From assembly GCA_963977015.1 (NCBI GenBank), contig CAXBMO010000001.1, forward strand, positions 448,001-512,000: a DNA stretch of 64,000 nucleotides, read 5' to 3'. The notes below the pieces were generated by a model, which did no database searches, was not told the origin of the DNA, and saw only the letters and a list, made by a program, of their open reading frames with translations. Below, piece after piece: positions 17,198-26,148 of this stretch (position 1 is its first letter; every line of letters begins with the position of its first letter). The position numbers were made by a program, and so were the translations under genes. The DNA is from an uncultured bacterium (lineage in GTDB: Bacteria > Verrucomicrobiota > Verrucomicrobiia > Verrucomicrobiales > DEV007).

Positions 17198-19294
17198 ATG
17201 ATCGATATTCCATTTCGAAGCAAAGAAGTTAGTTGGTTATCCTTTAACGCTCGAGTTCTCCAGGAAGCGCAGTCTCCGGATGTGCCTTTGTTAGAGCGAT
17301 TGAAGTTCCTCGGGATTTATTCTTCGAACTTGGACGAGTTTTTTCGGGTTCGCGTGGCAACGCTTCGCCGCCTGGTTGATATCGGGGTGCCTCACGATGG
17401 ATTGGGAATTCCCGATCCGAAGAAAACCTTGCGCGAGGTGAATCTGATCCTGAAAAGGGAAACGGAAGTTTTCAACCAAACCTACGCTGAGGTATTTGGG
17501 GAACTGGAGAAAGAGCACATCAAACTGATTACCGACGAGGAGGTCCCGGAAGAGCTTCGCGACTATCTCGACGAATTCCTCGAACATGAAGTTCTCCCGA
17601 GCTTGATGCCGATCACGATCAAGTCGACTTCCGAACTGAGCAACCTTCGCGATCGGCCGATGTATCTCGCGGTTCGAATGTCGAAGTCGTCCGGCGTGGG
17701 GCGCGGCCAGCATGCGTTGATTGAGATTCCCGACGAATTGCCACGTTTTCACGTGCTTCCAAAGCTTGGTCAGGATCAGCTAGTCATGTATGTCGACGAT
17801 GTGATTCGCTTCGGACTGCACAAGGTTTTTGAATCGACCCAGTTTGACCAATTTGAATCCTACGCCCTCAAATTTACGCGCGATGCGGAGTGGGAGTTCG
17901 ACAACGATTTTACGGAGAGCTTTTACGAGCAAGTCAGCGAAGGATTGAAGTCCCGACTGGGAGGAAGGCCCGTTCGGGTAAACTTTGATGAAGCGATGCC
18001 TCGTGGGTTCTTGAGGTTGGTCTTGCGAGGCTTGGAACTGAATAGCGACGAAGGGTATGAGTATCCCGGGGCGCGTTATCACAATCGGAAGGACCTGATG
18101 AAGTTTCCCAATTTCGGGAGAAAAAGCCTTCAGTCCAAAAAGCTCAAGCCCTTGGTTCCGGTGGAGCTCCAATCCACGGAGCGATTCAGCATGTTGCGGA
18201 TTCTTCGCGAACAAGACCTGCTGCTGCATTTTCCCTATCATTCCTTCAATCACTTCATTGACCTCCTCCGTGAAGTCAGCATCGATCCGCTGGTCAAGAG
18301 CATCAAGCTGACGCAGTACCGTCTGGCGAAGAAAAGCTGTGTCGCGCGTGCGTTGATCACGGCGGTTCAGAATGGGAAGGAAGTCTTTATCATGGTCGAG
18401 CCCACGGCCCGGTTTGACGAAGAGGCCAATATCGGATGGGCGCAGCGCTATCGCGATGCGGGCGTTCAGGTTGTGCTGGGCGTTCCCGGCTTGAAAGTGC
18501 ATACCAAGCTTTGCCTGGTTGAGCGACTTGAGAGCGGCCAGCCGCGGCACTACAGCTGTCTCGGAACCGGTAATTTCAACGAAGATACGGCGACTCTCTA
18601 CACCGACCACATGCTGATGACCTCGAACCAGGAAATCGGCAATGACGTTGACCAGATCTTCAAATTCTTTCAGCGCACCTACAAGGCGCCCACGCTCAAG
18701 CATCTTTCCTGCGCACCCTTTTCGTTGCGGAAGAAAATCTACCAGCTCATCGACGCAGAGATCGAGCAAGCCAAAGCTGGAAACGAAGCTGAAATTTGGA
18801 TCAAGATCAACAACCTCTCCGACGTGCCGATTGTCCGCCGGCTCTACAAAGCGTCAAAAGCGGGCGTGAAATTGCGCATGATCGTTCGCTCCATGTTTTC
18901 GCTGATTACAGAGGATCCCGAGTATAGCGAAAACATTGAAGCGATTGGAATTGTCGACCAACTTTTGGAGCACACCCGCATTTTGAGATTTCACAATCAG
19001 GGCGATCCGAGCGTCTTTCTTTCCTCAGCGGACTTCCTGCCCCGGAACTTTGACAGTCGCTGTGAGACGTTGGTTCCCATTTACGACAAGGAACTGAAAG
19101 GGCAATTGATAGAGTATCTGGATCTGCAATGGCAGGACAATGTCAAATCCCGGATTCTGGACAAGGATCTTACCAATGAAATGCGGCGCCCGGAATCCGG
19201 CCAAAAAGAAGTCCGTTCGCAGATCGCGATTCAGAAATTTCTCCAGAAATTGAGTCGTGGAAGTTCTCGTGTCAGCGATTCGAACGAGGATTGA
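17198..19294 (+). CDS. ppk1: Polyphosphate kinase 1
   Basis: EVSWLSFNARVLQEA, NLDEFFRVRVA, ARFDEEANI, LKVHTK, LEHTRI and SSADFLPRN motifs. Confidence 0.97.
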   Translation: MIDIPFRSKEVSWLSFNARVLQEAQSPDVPLLERLKFLGIYSSNLDEFFRVRVATLRRLVDIGVPHDGLGIPDPKKTLREVNLILKRETEVFNQTYAEVFGELEKEHIKLITDEEVPEELRDYLDEFLEHEVLPSLMPITIKSTSELSNLRDRPMYLAVRMSKSSGVGRGQHALIEIPDELPRFHVLPKLGQDQLVMYVDDVIRFGLHKVFESTQFDQFESYALKFTRDAEWEFDNDFTESFYEQVSEGLKSRLGGRPVRVNFDEAMPRGFLRLVLRGLELNSDEGYEYPGARYHNRKDLMKFPNFGRKSLQSKKLKPLVPVELQSTERFSMLRILREQDLLLHFPYHSFNHFIDLLREVSIDPLVKSIKLTQYRLAKKSCVARALITAVQNGKEVFIMVEPTARFDEEANIGWAQRYRDAGVQVVLGVPGLKVHTKLCLVERLESGQPRHYSCLGTGNFNEDTATLYTDHMLMTSNQEIGNDVDQIFKFFQRTYKAPTLKHLSCAPFSLRKKIYQLIDAEIEQAKAGNEAEIWIKINNLSDVPIVRRLYKASKAGVKLRMIVRSMFSLITEDPEYSENIEAIGIVDQLLEHTRILRFHNQGDPSVFLSSADFLPRNFDSRCETLVPIYDKELKGQLIEYLDLQWQDNVKSRILDKDLTNEMRRPESGQKEVRSQIAIQKFLQKLSRGSSRVSDSNED

Positions 19295-19381
19295 GGTTGC
19301 TGGAGGAGAAGCCCGGTTTCATCCGGGGGCGAGTGCAGAATTTTTGACAGGAGATTCAAGACCACCGTCCAATGTCCCTGA

Positions 19382-20470
19382 ATGAATTCGATCTTCCACG
19401 TATTCGGGGCTCTGTTGGTCGTCATGGTGTCCGCCCATGCCGATGTAGCCTTTGTTTCAGGTGATTTTGAGTTGCACGCTTCACTGAAACTGGATTCGGT
19501 TTCTTTTGAAAATGGTCCGCTTCCCGTGCCCATCGTCAGTTGGGCCGCCGATGCGGTGACGATTCAGGCTCACGGAGGAACTTTGGCGAGCAAAAGATCG
19601 GCTCTGGCCAAGGCGATGGGCGTGGAAGTAGAGTTGCAGATGGTGGATGACTTTGACCAGCAAATCGCTGATTTTGTCGAGGGGCACAGTCCTTTTCTGC
19701 GAGGTTCGCTCGGCCAAATCATCCTCGCTGCAGATTATCTCAAGCGGTTTGGCGCAGACGCGGAGCCAATCGTTTTTTTGCTAGTTTCCTGGTCCGCCGG
19801 CGCAGATGGAGTTGTGGTTCGGGCTCAAAACGGGCGGAAACATTCATGGGTAGTTCAGCGGAAGGGACGCCAGCTCGATTTACTTCCTCAGCTGGCCCGG
19901 AAGGGAATTTTTGACGAAACGCAGCATCAATTGCGCTTCGTTCGGGAGGCGATGTTCCATCCCGCGGCAGCGATGGATGGAAAGTGTCATGATCCGATTC
20001 AAGCGCTCAAACAGGATGCATCGCTGACCGCGGCGCTGGGGCTAACTCATGAAATTGGGAAGAATCAGCTGACTCCGACCGTTACGACCGAGGCGTTTCC
20101 AAGAGCCCTGGCTGACGTGTATGCGGTGAGAGCCGATTTCCTGGAACATCATCCGGAGATTGTTGGGGGAATGCTTCGCGCGCAATCCGAGGCTCAGGCA
20201 GCCTTTCCCGGGCAAATGGAAAATGGAACCTGGTTCAGGGATACAGGGAAGGACATGGCGGGAGTTTTTCTCAATGATGAAGGACGCGCAGACGAGTTTG
20301 CGACCTGGATGAACGGAGTGGATCTGCCGGGAAGAACGGGAAATCAGAAGTTTCTTGAACCCGGGAACTCAGCTGGGGGAACTGCGCTGAGCCGAGACCT
20401 TCGGGAGTATTTTCACAAGCTCGGTTTGGTGAAGACGAAGACGCCATTGAAATTTTTCCCGTCACGGTAA
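19382..20470 (+). CDS. Exported periplasmic-binding-protein-like (NitT/TauT-type) protein, divergent
   Basis: Signal peptide; DDFDQQ...SPFLRG, SWSAGADGVVVR and ADVYAVRADFLEHHPEIV motifs typical of type II binding proteins. Confidence 0.6.
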   Translation: MNSIFHVFGALLVVMVSAHADVAFVSGDFELHASLKLDSVSFENGPLPVPIVSWAADAVTIQAHGGTLASKRSALAKAMGVEVELQMVDDFDQQIADFVEGHSPFLRGSLGQIILAADYLKRFGADAEPIVFLLVSWSAGADGVVVRAQNGRKHSWVVQRKGRQLDLLPQLARKGIFDETQHQLRFVREAMFHPAAAMDGKCHDPIQALKQDASLTAALGLTHEIGKNQLTPTVTTEAFPRALADVYAVRADFLEHHPEIVGGMLRAQSEAQAAFPGQMENGTWFRDTGKDMAGVFLNDEGRADEFATWMNGVDLPGRTGNQKFLEPGNSAGGTALSRDLREYFHKLGLVKTKTPLKFFPSR

Positions 20471-20561
20471 GGAAAGCAGATCGCCAGATTCAATGGCGGC
20501 GACGGTTGGGGATCCCATAGTTGTTTGACCTCCCGCCAGTTCCGATGGACGCTCTACGTCC

Positions 20562-21236
20562 ATGAGAAACTCCCGAATTTTGACTGTGGCAACGTTATTG
20601 GCGCTTGCGCCCGGCGTTTTTGCCCAAACTGACCAAAAAGAAGCGGTTGCCCTTCCCGAACCCGATGCGGAGGGGTGGGTTTCGCTGTTTGATGGCAAAG
20701 GGCTGGGAAACTGGAAGCCGATCAACTTTGGTCTGGGAACCGACGTTGTGGCCGTGGAAGATGGCATTCTCTACCTGGATGCGGGAGACCCGATGACGGG
20801 AATCACCTGGAACGCGGAGCTGCCCGGAAAGGTCAATTACGAGATCGAGTTGGTCGCGAAGAAGATTCAGGGGGATGACTTCTTTCTCGCGTTGACGATG
20901 CCGGTCAAAGATCAAAGCTGCACCCTCGTTTGCGGCGGCTGGGGAGGCGGAGTGGTTGGAATCTCCAGTCTGAATGGTCTTGATGCCTCTGAGAACGAAA
21001 CGGCGACGGTCGAATATTTCGAGACCGAAAAATGGTATACCGTTAAAGTCCGTGTCGAAGATGAGGCGATTCAGTGCTGGATCGGCGACCGCATGTTGGT
21101 CGATGTCGACATCAAGGGCGTTGAGATCGGAATGCGCGCGGGAGACGTTGAACTCTGCGCTCCCTTGGGAATCGCCTCGTTTCTCACCTCAGCCGCTTAT
21201 CGTTCCATTCGCTGGAGAGAAATTTCCAGCGAGTAA
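20562..21236 (+). CDS. DUF1080 (3-keto-disaccharide hydrolase) domain protein
   Basis: Signal peptide; EGWVSLFDGKGLGNWK...NYEIEL...YRSIR. Confidence 0.88.
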   Translation: MRNSRILTVATLLALAPGVFAQTDQKEAVALPEPDAEGWVSLFDGKGLGNWKPINFGLGTDVVAVEDGILYLDAGDPMTGITWNAELPGKVNYEIELVAKKIQGDDFFLALTMPVKDQSCTLVCGGWGGGVVGISSLNGLDASENETATVEYFETEKWYTVKVRVEDEAIQCWIGDRMLVDVDIKGVEIGMRAGDVELCAPLGIASFLTSAAYRSIRWREISSE

Positions 21237-21239
21237 AAC

Positions 21240-22793
21240 TTAATCCGGCTGCTGAGAGCCCTTTCTCCACTTCTCACGCTTGAGGAGATTAAACATCTTT
21301 TGGAGAGGGCGTTGTTTCTCCACCTCTTCTTTGACGGGTTCGCGTTTGCGACGAGTCACATCCCGTGAAACGGGAAGGAGATCACCAGGAGGAAGGTTGC
21401 TCACGCTGTTGACCGTAGGTTCAACCATCGCAACGATTTGCGAACCCAGGCGGCGCACACCGTGACGCTCCGTTCCAACTCCCAGGTAGGGTGAATCTTC
21501 AGAGGCTGTCGTGCCCGGCGATGCCGAACGAATCGAAGGAACGCCAATGGAAATGATTTCCGTAACATCGCCAGCCGGTTCCACGATCGCGACGATTTCG
21601 CCCTGCATGAGCTGCGAACGCAGGGCCTGCTTGGAGTGGAAGATGGAATCAGGCGCCTGCTGCTGGGATTCCTGAAGAACAGGCGTAGCCGCGATCACCG
21701 TTGTTGGCGTGGTCGTCACCGGCTTCTCATTAATGCCAATGTGCGAGATCAAATCTCCGGTCGCGGCGAGAAGGCGAAAGGCGTGACGGCGTTGGTCAAT
21801 GTGGCCGGCTGCAAAATCCGTTTCGGCGCGGAATTCGGCGTTGCGGACTTCGAGCAATTCCAGAATCGAGCGTTTTCCGGCGCGATGATCATGTTCGACC
21901 TGGAGCGCAAGCTGTTGAAGCTCATGGGAAGCGGCGGCCCGTTGCTGCAGTTGTGCTGAGACCAATCCGTAATTCTCGAGCGCTTGCGATGCAACCGCGT
22001 CGGCGGCGGTCCGAGCTTCCAACGACAGCGCGAGACTCGCTTCGGCGCGGCCCATTGCTTCACTGACGCTCGGGAGATTCTCGGTCGAAGCCGGTCCAGG
22101 AAGTTCGGTCTCTGTTTCCGTTTGCGCCTCGACATTCAAGTGTGGTTCCCAAAGTGCTTTGGCAATCTCAATCTCCAACTCGTGGGCTGCGGCCTCTTGC
22201 CGGGCAGCCTGGTAGGTAAGGTTCCGGTTGGTATCAATTTGGATAACGGCTTGTTGCAGGCTCGCAACGGCGGGCGGGATTTCCAGTTGCCCGGGTTCAA
22301 CCCCTACGGAAGCGAGAAATTTCGGGCGCAGGGACTCCAGTTCCTCAATCTGCCGTCTCAAATCTGTTTTTGCCAGCTCGAGGCGCTCTTCAATCGGAGC
22401 CCGCTCCTCGGTGTTTTGATTCGCCTTCAGAGCCTCCTCGTGTAGCGCAACCTGACGCTGAGCTGCTGAAAGGCGGTAATGGAGGTGAAGTAAGTCGAGA
22501 TAAGTTTCGGAAATGGCCAGAGCTTCGGCCTCTCGCTTCTCCAGGCTTCGGAGAGCTTTTGCTTTCTGGTAGAGCTTTCGAAGTTGGACCTCTTGCTCAC
22601 CCATTTGGCCACCTTCCAAGGCTACCGTAATTTGGGAGGGGTGGTCCTCATTTGCACCTTGTGCATCAACGACCGGAAGATCTTGAAGTCCCGAAGTCAG
22701 GGCATCCTGCAACGTAATCGCGGATGCAGAGTTGAGGAAATAGGACCCAATCGCCACTAGCATGACGGTCAGGGGGGGGAAAGTGCCCTTCAT
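21240..22793 (-). CDS. TolC/LapE-like outer membrane efflux protein, divergent, with disordered C-terminal extension
   Basis: Signal peptide, ITLQDAL, ETYLDLL, AKALWEPHLNV, AGKRSILELLEV and RLLAATGDL motifs. Confidence 0.75.
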   Translation of the reverse strand: MKGTFPPLTVMLVAIGSYFLNSASAITLQDALTSGLQDLPVVDAQGANEDHPSQITVALEGGQMGEQEVQLRKLYQKAKALRSLEKREAEALAISETYLDLLHLHYRLSAAQRQVALHEEALKANQNTEERAPIEERLELAKTDLRRQIEELESLRPKFLASVGVEPGQLEIPPAVASLQQAVIQIDTNRNLTYQAARQEAAAHELEIEIAKALWEPHLNVEAQTETETELPGPASTENLPSVSEAMGRAEASLALSLEARTAADAVASQALENYGLVSAQLQQRAAASHELQQLALQVEHDHRAGKRSILELLEVRNAEFRAETDFAAGHIDQRRHAFRLLAATGDLISHIGINEKPVTTTPTTVIAATPVLQESQQQAPDSIFHSKQALRSQLMQGEIVAIVEPAGDVTEIISIGVPSIRSASPGTTASEDSPYLGVGTERHGVRRLGSQIVAMVEPTVNSVSNLPPGDLLPVSRDVTRRKREPVKEEVEKQRPLQKMFNLLKREKWRKGSQQPD

Positions 22794-22999
22794 AGTTCTC
22801 GGTTTCTATATGTGCGGTTTAAATCGTGGCCTCAGTGCTTACGAGCGTGACTTCATAAACGGAGGGAGATGCGAGTGTTCGCAAGGTGCGGGATACTAGG
22901 GTAAAACCTAGCAAAGTGTCCAGAAAAAGTTTGGAAAAGTAGACATTTTCGGTTTTCACAACTAATTCCCAAATTATTAACGTTTCCGATCTAACCGAA

Positions 23000-24694
23000 T
23001 CATAAACTGCGAAGGAATTCGGTGAGGTGATTCAGTTCGTTCGTGGTCAACTCCCGGTCCAGTTGATGCCGCCCGACGGTGAACACGGATTCCAGACTAT
23101 CAAACCGCCCATCGTGGAAAAAACGGCTTTGGAATCGGATTCCGAGCAAGGAAGGCGGATTGAATTCGACATTCCCGTCTTCGTCACGAACGCCAACGTC
23201 GAAGGCGTCGATGCTGGTTAGGGTGTTGCCGGCATGGCATTTCACGCAGTTCAGTTCCGCAAAGAGAACCCGTCCGTGATTTGCTGCGGTCGAATCCCCG
23301 AATTGGGGTGGGCTGGGCAGGGTTTCCAGAAACGCGACCAAATCCTGAACCTCATTGCGCGAAAAACTCTCGCCCCGATGATGCATCGTCGTTTCCAGGG
23401 TCACTTCGACCTGCTTCGCCAAGGTCGGCTTGTTGCCCAACCATCCAAATGGAGCGGTTTGAGCTCGGCCGAGTAAGGAGGGAACCCGTTTTGTCGTTCC
23501 GAATGAGCGATCGCCAAACGTGTCCGCAAGCTGCTCGTTCGTGTGTCCGTTGGTATGGCAACTGTGGCAACTCATCCAGCCATCGTGGGAAAGTCGCGCG
23601 TTGAAGAAAAGACGTTGCCCGCGGTCGGCCGCCGAGATCATGAGGTTCTGCCGGGCCAGGCTGATGGTGGCGATGAGCTGTTTGCGATCGAAATCGAGCA
23701 CGGAAATGAGGTCGTCGAGGCTGTTGGCGACGTAAATGCGCTCCGCAAACTCATCCAGCGCCACAGCTGTGGGACGCGCTCCGGTTTCGATGCGTTTCGG
23801 ATTGGAATCGCCAAATTCACCCCAGAAAATCTGGCCGGTTCCCGCCACGGTTACGATGAGATCGCCAGTTTGCCGAAAGGCGAGCTCGTCAGGATCTCCG
23901 GCGCCATTGCCAACCGTCCCGAGATTCCAGATTTCGCTGCTCTGCGCCAAATTCGTGTCAGGATCCAGGAGCGCCGAGACTGGAATTTTGCGAACCACGT
24001 TGTTCATCGTCATGCCCCAATGCAGATCGTCGAACGTGGTTCTCGCCAACGGGTTGAGCCGCTGATGGCTGATGAAAACGTGGTCGCCTTCCGGATTCAG
24101 CGCGAGCCCGCGAATGTTGTGGCCCGGTAATCGGTGAACCGCACGGAGTTCGAGCGTTTCCGCGTCGAGCAAGGCAAGGTTTTCTCCGTGAGCATCTGCA
24201 ACCAGCAAGTGAGCGCCATTGGCCAGCAGAATCTGCTCGCGCGGGATGAAGGAAAGTTCCCGTGTCGCCCTGACCTGCAGGCTTGGGTTAATCTGGATGC
24301 TGATCAGCCGTTGCTGCCATTTGTCCGCGATGAACGCGCGTTTCTTCCAGGGATCGAGGCTGATTGAAACGGGGAATTCGCTCACCTTTTTCCGGTCGGT
24401 CAGCTCCAGATTTCCGCCCTCCAGTTGGAATCGCAGCAATTCCCCATTCGCAAAGTCCGTCGCGAGAAACCCGGTATCACTGAGTTTCGCCAGATCCGTG
24501 ATCGAGCCGCCGGTCTCGACAATCTGACGGATGCGCCCTGACCTCGTGTCGATCGCAACCACTGAGCCATCCTTGCAGCCCACGACGAGAGTTTCGCGGT
24601 TTGCGAGCAATTCCAGCGCGAGGGGCATTCGCAAATTCTCGCCCATCGCCGAGCCGGCAGTGGCGAGCAGGATTGTTGCGAGGATCAATCTCAT
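23000..24694 (-). CDS. YncE/YVTN beta-propeller fused to a di-haem cytochrome c (CCP-like) domain
   Basis: Signal peptide; GARPTAVAL...IYVANSLDDLISVLD repeats; SCHSCH and NCVKCH haem motifs; PSLLG...FFHDG. Confidence 0.88.
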   Translation of the reverse strand: MRLILATILLATAGSAMGENLRMPLALELLANRETLVVGCKDGSVVAIDTRSGRIRQIVETGGSITDLAKLSDTGFLATDFANGELLRFQLEGGNLELTDRKKVSEFPVSISLDPWKKRAFIADKWQQRLISIQINPSLQVRATRELSFIPREQILLANGAHLLVADAHGENLALLDAETLELRAVHRLPGHNIRGLALNPEGDHVFISHQRLNPLARTTFDDLHWGMTMNNVVRKIPVSALLDPDTNLAQSSEIWNLGTVGNGAGDPDELAFRQTGDLIVTVAGTGQIFWGEFGDSNPKRIETGARPTAVALDEFAERIYVANSLDDLISVLDFDRKQLIATISLARQNLMISAADRGQRLFFNARLSHDGWMSCHSCHTNGHTNEQLADTFGDRSFGTTKRVPSLLGRAQTAPFGWLGNKPTLAKQVEVTLETTMHHRGESFSRNEVQDLVAFLETLPSPPQFGDSTAANHGRVLFAELNCVKCHAGNTLTSIDAFDVGVRDEDGNVEFNPPSLLGIRFQSRFFHDGRFDSLESVFTVGRHQLDRELTTNELNHLTEFLRSL

Positions 24695-26034
24695 GGGGAA
24701 GAAGCGGCCAGGCGTTCGAGCAGGGCTGCTTTCGCCTGTTCGATGGCGACCTGGTTCGCCTTGAAGCCGGTTCGCATCGCCTTTTCGATCATCTCACTGC
24801 CAATCCAAATGTCTGGAGCCACTCCCCAACGATCCCGCGATCGACGGCGCACCTGGGGCGGCAGTCGATCCAGACTCCCAAAATTCACCAACGGTTCTCC
24901 TGACGGGAGGCCGAGTTGCTGATCCGGCAGCATCAGAAACGCGTTTTCGCCTTTGATCTCAAACCCGGTGTATCCCCACGGTTCGCCCGGCGTGATGTCG
25001 CCAACCACAATGGCCAGATTCGCTTGTTGAAGACTGGCCGCGAGCCATTCCAGACTTCCTCTCGTGGTTTGGTCCACCAGAACCGCGATCGGCATCTCCT
25101 TCAGCACCACATCCGGGCTTGCCTCCAACACACGACCATTCAGGGTGCCGATCTTCCCTCCCGGCAGCAGGGCGTCCGCCAGCAGAATCACGTCGTGGAC
25201 CCGACCTGGCCGTAGATTGCGAAGGTCCAGAATGATCGCCTGGACCCCTTTTTGCCGCAACGCCGGTTCGAGGCTCCGCAGCTCGTGTGTGAGGCTGGCC
25301 TGGAATTGATCGACGGCAAGATAGGCAATCCGTCTCTCCAAAATCTCGGCTTCGCGAAGCGCCCGCAGGGGGACCACATCGCGCGTTAGCTTTTTTTCGA
25401 CCACCACGGAGGTGCCCGGATGTTTCAACCCGACTCGAACCTCGGTTCCGCGAGGGCCCCGCAGGCGATCAACCACCGTGCTCAGATTCGCGTTGCGAAC
25501 GTCATCGCCATCAATCGTCCAAATCTGGTCGCCGTCGCGGCCGCCCACGCGATCGAGCGGTCCGCCGGGAAAAACCTTCATCGCTGTGGGAATGTTGTCA
25601 GACTTGCCGAGCGCGATTCCGATTCCCACATACTGATTGGCGGCAATTTGTTCGCGAACGCGATATTCCTTTGCGGGAATTTCGATGCATTCCCCCGGCA
25701 GCGATCTTCGCAACGCTTCCAACGCAAATTGCCGGGCTCGATTCGAATCCGAGGTTCCCTGCAGGCATTCCTGCAAGAGCGCCCGAAACTCTGACGTGCG
25801 ATTCATCCTGGAGACCTGCCGTGCCAGGTCGAGCGGCGGTGCCTGATTCCGCGTTTGGTAGATCGCCCGCGCCAGTCTCAGCACCATCTGCTGGTTGGAG
25901 GGAGCTTCGACATGGTGCAACGCGGTCAACTCGACCCTTTGCATCAGGAGATCCACGTTCTCGTCAGGCTCATCAGCTGCCAGCTGGCCAAACGGCAGCA
26001 AACCCAAAACAGCAACGAAAGTGCGAAGCGACAT
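24691..26034 (-). CDS. S41/CtpA-like PDZ protein, probably protease-inactive
   Basis: YVGIGI PDZ, LRGPRGTEV, IILDLRN; catalytic motifs altered (TRGSLE, PGEP). Confidence 0.82.
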   Translation of the reverse strand: MSLRTFVAVLGLLPFGQLAADEPDENVDLLMQRVELTALHHVEAPSNQQMVLRLARAIYQTRNQAPPLDLARQVSRMNRTSEFRALLQECLQGTSDSNRARQFALEALRRSLPGECIEIPAKEYRVREQIAANQYVGIGIALGKSDNIPTAMKVFPGGPLDRVGGRDGDQIWTIDGDDVRNANLSTVVDRLRGPRGTEVRVGLKHPGTSVVVEKKLTRDVVPLRALREAEILERRIAYLAVDQFQASLTHELRSLEPALRQKGVQAIILDLRNLRPGRVHDVILLADALLPGGKIGTLNGRVLEASPDVVLKEMPIAVLVDQTTRGSLEWLAASLQQANLAIVVGDITPGEPWGYTGFEIKGENAFLMLPDQQLGLPSGEPLVNFGSLDRLPPQVRRRSRDRWGVAPDIWIGSEMIEKAMRTGFKANQVAIEQAKAALLERLAASSP

Positions 26035-26041
26035 TCCTGAG

Positions 26042-26070
26042 ATTACGCCACAAAACGGGACGTCGTTCAA
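26042..26070 (-). promoter_or_regulatory. Sigma70-like promoter TTGAAC-N17-CGTAAT, 7 nt before ATG 26034
   Basis: Read directly from the sequence; extended -10 TG present. Confidence 0.5.
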
Positions 26071-26148
26071 GCTTCAGCGGCGCATCCTTTCCTGAGCGAA
26101 ACTTGCAATCGCATTCGACTCGCTATGTTCAATGCTTCCCAAACGCCT

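Noticed and set aside
22896-22911. CTAGG-gtaaaa-CCTAG palindrome upstream of the TolC-like gene
   Set aside because: 5-bp arms and a single occurrence; could be an operator but is not distinguishable from chance.
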